From the IMG/VR virus record IMGVR_UViG_2695420847_000002: a stretch of 19,746 nucleotides of DNA. One strand, 5' to 3'. Shown one piece after another: positions 15,878 through 19,746 of this stretch (position 1 is the stretch's first letter; each line of letters starts with the position of its first letter). Under the pieces are notes generated by a model that was not told the DNA's origin, did no database searches, and saw nothing but the letters and a program-made list of their open reading frames with translations. Made by a program: the position numbers and the translations under genes. The DNA is from a virus (lineage: Duplodnaviria; Heunggongvirae; Uroviricota; Caudoviricetes).

Positions 15878-17836
15878 TTACGCCGTACATTTCACCAGAC
15901 CGCGGTGATCAACTGGCGCGACACCGGCGTCAATACGCACTTTCGTTGTCACGCCATCCACACTGAAGCCCTCCATCTGATCAATATATGGCGTATCCAC
16001 ACCGTTGAGATAAGCCACTTCAATCGTATCGGAGCCTTTTGACGCAGCCAGGTAGAAGGTGGTCTGGCTGTTATCATCAAGACGAGGCTCTGCAATAACG
16101 GTCGCAAAATCTTTCACCGGGTTAATAATACCGGCGTTAATGTCAGCCCCCTTGACACTTGAGGAGCGAATGACCTGGTTAGCAACAGACTCCATCGCCG
16201 TCGGTACCAGTACGAACGCAGGACGAATATTCAGATGACGCTCCCCCTCTTTCTGAACGCGCATCAACTGGCGGGCTTTATCCAGCGATGCCACGTCCAT
16301 TGCAGCGCTCTCCAGTACGTTTGCATGTTTCGCTTTATCGAACAGACTTACATTATCTGTGGAGATTTTCGGGTTAGACGTCAGAATGGCATAAACCAGA
16401 TCGGCAATAGTGGATTTCGCCGCACGGCCCAGTTTCATCGGGACATCGGTCAGCATATTCAGATCATCATTGATAATGGCCTGACGGGTGATACTGAACA
16501 GCTCGCCATAGGTCGCCAGTGCAATAGTGGCCTGTTTATCTCCGGTGGTGACGTATTTATATTCCGCCCCTTCACGCACCTGACGCAGAGCACTGAAGCC
16601 CCCCATACCCACACGATGGGCAATTTTAAAATCAGACAACTGACCTTTCCGCGTCCACTGTTCATAGGTTTCAGGGGCATCTTCCCAGCCCTGCAGAATG
16701 GCTTTGTTCGCAACATCCAGCAGAATATTACCGAAGTCAGACGTACTGTGTGTGAACGCCGCACCGACCATCTGCATCGGGTTATAACTGGAAACCCCAA
16801 TACCCCGTTCAGTCAGTGACATACGGGCATATTCACGCAGGGTCATCCCGTTGTAGACATTATCACGTTCGGTTTTTTCAAATCCGGCACGCGCCATCAG
16901 CGCCTGGCGGATCCCGTCCCCCACAAAATTACCGTTACCGGCATAAATATGAGCCGGGGTATTTTTATTGGATGGCGTGGACTCGCGCCCCATCTCGTTC
17001 AACAGCTTTTCGCGGGCCTGCTCCAGCGAACATTCAGGATCGGCAAGACACTGAGCCTGCAGCGTCTGATAACGCCCGCCAAACATGGCAAACAGATCAT
17101 TAATACCGTTTACACGCGCTTTTTGCTCTGCCAGTACCTGCGCACGGATACTGTTTTCATCCACCACGGGTGCTGCTGCCTGCACTGGCGTCCGGGAGGC
17201 TGCAGGTTCATTATCCTGTACGCGTGGAGCACTGTTGCGTGGCGGAGTAATCATGTTTCGAATGGATTCCGGCATCTTTGTAAATTCCTCTGTACGTTTT
17301 GACTGAATACATGCCATTGCCTTAACGGCTGGCGTCACCTGATCAGCAAATCCATGTGCCAGACATTCGGCACCGGACATCCAGGTCTCATCCGCCAGCA
17401 TGGCAGCAATTTCATCGGTGGTTTTCCCGGTTTTCTGTGCATAAGCGGGTAACAGAACCGCCTCAACCTTATCGAGCAGGTCGGCATAGGTGCGCATGTC
17501 CTCCGCATCACCGCCCGTAAAGCCAAATGGTTTATGAATCATCATGAAGGTGTTTTCCGGCATAATGACCGGGTTTCCCACCATCGCAATGATCGACGCC
17601 ATTGACGCCGCCACACCGTCGACATAAACGGTAATGGACGCACCATGTGTTTTCAGCGCATTAAAAATGGCGATGCCTTCAAAGACATCGCCACCCGGTG
17701 AATTGATATGGAGATTAATGTGGGTGATATCGCCCAGTGCATTCAGATCACTGATAAACTGCTTCGCTGTAACACCCCAGAAACCAATCTCGTCATAAAT
17801 ATAAATATCCGCGTCACTCTGGTGACCAGCCTGCAT
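15878..17836 (-). CDS. Fusion protein: ClpP-like (S14) prohead protease, Ala/Gln-rich scaffold-like linker, HK97-fold major capsid protein
   Basis: Seen: one uninterrupted ORF. Start placed at ATG 17836..17834, 14 nt after the portal stop (MQAGHQSDADIYIYDEIG...); the track extension to 18097 would overlap the portal by ~250 nt. ClpP-like motifs IYIYDEIG, GVAASMAS and MIHKP in the first ~200 aa; C-terminal ~330 aa capsid-like. 652 aa from this start. Confidence 0.85.
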   Translation of the reverse strand: MQAGHQSDADIYIYDEIGFWGVTAKQFISDLNALGDITHINLHINSPGGDVFEGIAIFNALKTHGASITVYVDGVAASMASIIAMVGNPVIMPENTFMMIHKPFGFTGGDAEDMRTYADLLDKVEAVLLPAYAQKTGKTTDEIAAMLADETWMSGAECLAHGFADQVTPAVKAMACIQSKRTEEFTKMPESIRNMITPPRNSAPRVQDNEPAASRTPVQAAAPVVDENSIRAQVLAEQKARVNGINDLFAMFGGRYQTLQAQCLADPECSLEQAREKLLNEMGRESTPSNKNTPAHIYAGNGNFVGDGIRQALMARAGFEKTERDNVYNGMTLREYARMSLTERGIGVSSYNPMQMVGAAFTHSTSDFGNILLDVANKAILQGWEDAPETYEQWTRKGQLSDFKIAHRVGMGGFSALRQVREGAEYKYVTTGDKQATIALATYGELFSITRQAIINDDLNMLTDVPMKLGRAAKSTIADLVYAILTSNPKISTDNVSLFDKAKHANVLESAAMDVASLDKARQLMRVQKEGERHLNIRPAFVLVPTAMESVANQVIRSSSVKGADINAGIINPVKDFATVIAEPRLDDNSQTTFYLAASKGSDTIEVAYLNGVDTPYIDQMEGFSVDGVTTKVRIDAGVAPVDHRGLVKCTA

Positions 17837-17849
17837 CCTGAACCAGGAA

Positions 17850-19358
17850 TTATTCTTCGGACTGGTCGTCGGTGTGCTGCGGCTCCTGTCGTTTCGTTGC
17901 GGCACTGCTGCCTCCTTTATCACTGGCCGGATCGGTATCAAATACCAGATCCAGCTTGCGGTTTTCATCAATTTCGGCCTTGCGCCGACGTTTGACATCA
18001 TCCGGATTACGACCACCTGCACGTACCCAGTCTGATTCTGTCGCTGCTCCACCACGAATCTGAATTTTCCAGGCCTCAGCCTCCTTAACAGGGTCAATCC
18101 ACGGCATCACCGGTCCGGAGTACACCGCGGTATACAGTGAAGAACGGTCAAGATCGCGGGGTAGCCTGATAACACTGGATGCCACAGCCTGTTTCAGCCA
18201 GGCACGATACATCGGGCGGGTGACAGCACCAATAAACCAGTCCTGCAGGATCAGGTAGCCATCAGTGGATTCAACCAGCTCCTGACGCTGGGCGCTGTAA
18301 GTGCCGTTATAGTTGCGCGCTGTACTGGAAAAACTCAGACGACTGCCCGCCGCCACGGCACGCAACTGACCATTACGAAAAGTTTCAAGGTTAGGATTGG
18401 GGCGATCCGACTTCACCATTCCGATTTCTTCGCCGGGTTTCAGATCGTCGTAAATAATGCCTGGCTGAATGGTAAGCTCGCGTTCCTTATCCTTGCTGCC
18501 ATTACCATCCGGTTCATAGCTCTGCCCGTCGCCTTTGCGGATGTACATCCCCAGAGCAGCGGCGATCCTTGCTGCAGTCAGCTCATAATCTTCATAATCT
18601 TTCAGGGCACTGAGGCGGATCAGCACACCGGACAACAAAGACGTCCCGCGCATCTGGTGCAGACGGCGAACAAATTTAAGATGCAGCATTCGCTCTGCAT
18701 CCACTTCTTTGGTTTCCATCTGCCGTCCGGATACGGGACGGCTTTTATACACCAGATATTTTTCGGGACGCCCCCAGTCATCAACAAACACGCCCTGATT
18801 CAGCCTGTTGCTCTCATCACTGGTCATGGGAATAAAGTCTGGCTCGAGCGCCTCCAGCCAGAAATGAACACCGGCAGAAGGCGTCAGGCTGTTTATGCGC
18901 CCGGAAACCATCTGGGCAAACACCTCACCATCGCGCAGCCAGGTACGCAGCATCAGACGTTCCAGCATCGGACGGGTAAACTGCCCGGTGACTTCCGGGC
19001 TGACAGACCATTCACTCCATCGGGTGCGAATCTCCGCTGCCAGATCACGGGCAATGGCCCCATTGCGTAATACCGGATGTGGCTCGACAATAATCCCGTT
19101 TTTCCCCACCACCCGTTCTTCCAGCTTGTCAAATACACCAATAACCAGATCGTGGTTGTTATCAAGGTAACGGGCCTGCTCACGTAACGACACGGCCCCG
19201 TACTGGCTTAGCTGGTCGGCAGTTCGGTTCTCCCGTCGGGCTTTGTGTGTCCGCGTCGTTTTTACGGCTTCATAAGCCTGGATCACCGCACGGGAACGCA
19301 GCCTTGCCGCTTTCCATCCAGGTGAAAAAACGCCAATCACATCATCAAGAATTGCCAT
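17850..19358 (-). CDS. B: Portal protein, lambda gpB family
   Basis: Seen: ATG at 19358..19356 preceded by GAGG and overlapping the W stop as ATGA; the track extension to GTG 19430 is rejected. C-terminus ...RKLDLVFDTDPASDKG...EPQHTDDQSEE resembles the lambda gpB C-terminus (recall). Confidence 0.9.
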   Translation of the reverse strand: MAILDDVIGVFSPGWKAARLRSRAVIQAYEAVKTTRTHKARRENRTADQLSQYGAVSLREQARYLDNNHDLVIGVFDKLEERVVGKNGIIVEPHPVLRNGAIARDLAAEIRTRWSEWSVSPEVTGQFTRPMLERLMLRTWLRDGEVFAQMVSGRINSLTPSAGVHFWLEALEPDFIPMTSDESNRLNQGVFVDDWGRPEKYLVYKSRPVSGRQMETKEVDAERMLHLKFVRRLHQMRGTSLLSGVLIRLSALKDYEDYELTAARIAAALGMYIRKGDGQSYEPDGNGSKDKERELTIQPGIIYDDLKPGEEIGMVKSDRPNPNLETFRNGQLRAVAAGSRLSFSSTARNYNGTYSAQRQELVESTDGYLILQDWFIGAVTRPMYRAWLKQAVASSVIRLPRDLDRSSLYTAVYSGPVMPWIDPVKEAEAWKIQIRGGAATESDWVRAGGRNPDDVKRRRKAEIDENRKLDLVFDTDPASDKGGSSAATKRQEPQHTDDQSEE

Positions 19359-19570
19359 CAGAACCTCGCCAGCCGGTACCCAGGATGCCCCCGTCGTCGT
19401 GTAATCAGAGCCGCAAGGCGGCGCTCCCACTCCTGCCGTCCCTGCCGGATCTCAGATAAGTTTTCCATGGTCATCTGCTGACCATTAAAGGTGACGGATT
19501 TTCCGTCCAGCACCGCCATTTCAGCTTCCATATAACGCTGAATCATGGCTTCGATATCATTCTGGTTCAT
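19358..19570 (-). CDS. W: Head completion / head-tail joining protein W-like
   Basis: Seen: ~70-aa ORF ending ...ITRRRGHPGYRLARF, similar to the lambda gpW C-terminus (recall). GGAGG abuts the first ATG (19576), so the second ATG (19570) is the more likely start. Confidence 0.8.
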   Translation of the reverse strand: MNQNDIEAMIQRYMEAEMAVLDGKSVTFNGQQMTMENLSEIRQGRQEWERRLAALITRRRGHPGYRLARF

Positions 19571-19610
19571 AACCATCCTCCGGAAGTCAGCCAGGGGTTA
19601 ACATCGTCAG

Positions 19611-19646
19611 TTACTGTTTTCTTCCGTTTTTGTTTTTTAACAGTAA
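19611..19646. repeat. 8-bp perfect inverted repeat TTACTGTT / AACAGTAA separated by a 20-nt T-rich spacer, upstream of W
   Basis: Seen directly in sequence at 19611-19618 and 19639-19646. Function unknown (RNA hairpin or protein-binding site). Confidence 0.3.
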
Positions 19647-19746
19647 GCGACTCGTCAGAACCGTATTGATATTTACTGAGAGCTCAGATCAACTTTCCAG
19701 GGCAACAGATCGCGTACCCGGTTTGCCGGCCAGTCCTGGATATGTT

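Noticed and set aside
14419-16819. Plus-strand ORFs antisense to U, Z, FII-like, DUF2190-like and capsid genes (for example 14419..14757, 14634..14972, 15095..15478, 15429..15824, 15649..15966, 16235..16819)
   Set aside because: Antisense shadows; no ribosome-binding sites.
15878-17836. Possibility that the protease-capsid fusion is a frameshift or assembly artefact joining two genes
   Set aside because: The frame is continuous with no internal stop, and the linker looks like a genuine scaffold/delta-like segment; cannot be fully excluded without read-level data, so it is kept as a finding with that caveat.
17836-18097. 5' extension of the protease-capsid ORF to position 18097
   Set aside because: It would overlap the portal gene by ~250 nt and add a non-homologous N-terminus; the ATG at 17836 sits right before the ClpP-like IYIYDEIG motif and 14 nt after the portal stop.
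16459-19183. Other track ORFs over the capsid and portal genes (16459..16800, 16816..17103, 16949..17302, 17085..17306, 17335..17526, 17708..17995, 17872..18063, 18657..19070, 18895..19170, 18953..19183, 19247..19459)
   Set aside because: All in alternative or antisense frames of the two large, well-supported genes.
19358-19430. 5' extension of the portal ORF to the GTG at 19430
   Set aside because: It overlaps W in another frame; the ATG at 19358 has a GAGG ribosome-binding site and a stop/start ATGA overlap with W.
1-19746. Looked for CRISPR arrays, tRNA/rRNA genes, integrase or transposase, toxin-antitoxin or defence cassettes, and att-like repeats
   Set aside because: None found. The window is a continuous late operon with less than 3 percent intergenic space; the only repeats are intragenic (stf) or hairpins. 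The only accessory (moron) gene is lom, which is a known family.

Overview
The window is the late (morphogenetic) region of a lambda-like siphovirus prophage, enterobacterial by its similarity to phage lambda proteins as I recall them. Every gene I can support is on the minus strand, packed tightly and often overlapping by 1-8 nt. Reading right to left, the order is collinear with lambda: W-like head completion protein, lambda-type portal (B), a single-ORF fusion of ClpP-like prohead protease, scaffold-like linker and HK97-fold major capsid protein (in place of lambda C/Nu3/D/E), a small DUF2190-like protein at the FI position, an FII-like connector, Z, U, V, the G/T chaperone pair with a -1 frameshift, tape measure H (1018 aa from the ATG), M, L, K, I, central tail fibre J, the moron lom, and the N-terminal ~1015 codons of side tail fibre stf, which runs off the left edge. 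Rho-independent terminator hairpins sit after the capsid gene, between V and G, after J and after lom. I found no rRNA, tRNA, CRISPR array, integrase, transposase or defence/toxin cassette; there is essentially no unassigned coding space. All plus-strand ORFs in the track are antisense shadows of the minus-strand genes. The most interesting features are mosaic joints and module replacements rather than a new system: the fused protease-capsid gene, the divergent J C-terminus, the longer tape measure, an insert domain in stf, and a variant G-T slip site. All homology calls are from memory of lambda-family proteins, not from a database search, and hand-derived coordinates for hairpins and start codons may be off by a few nt.
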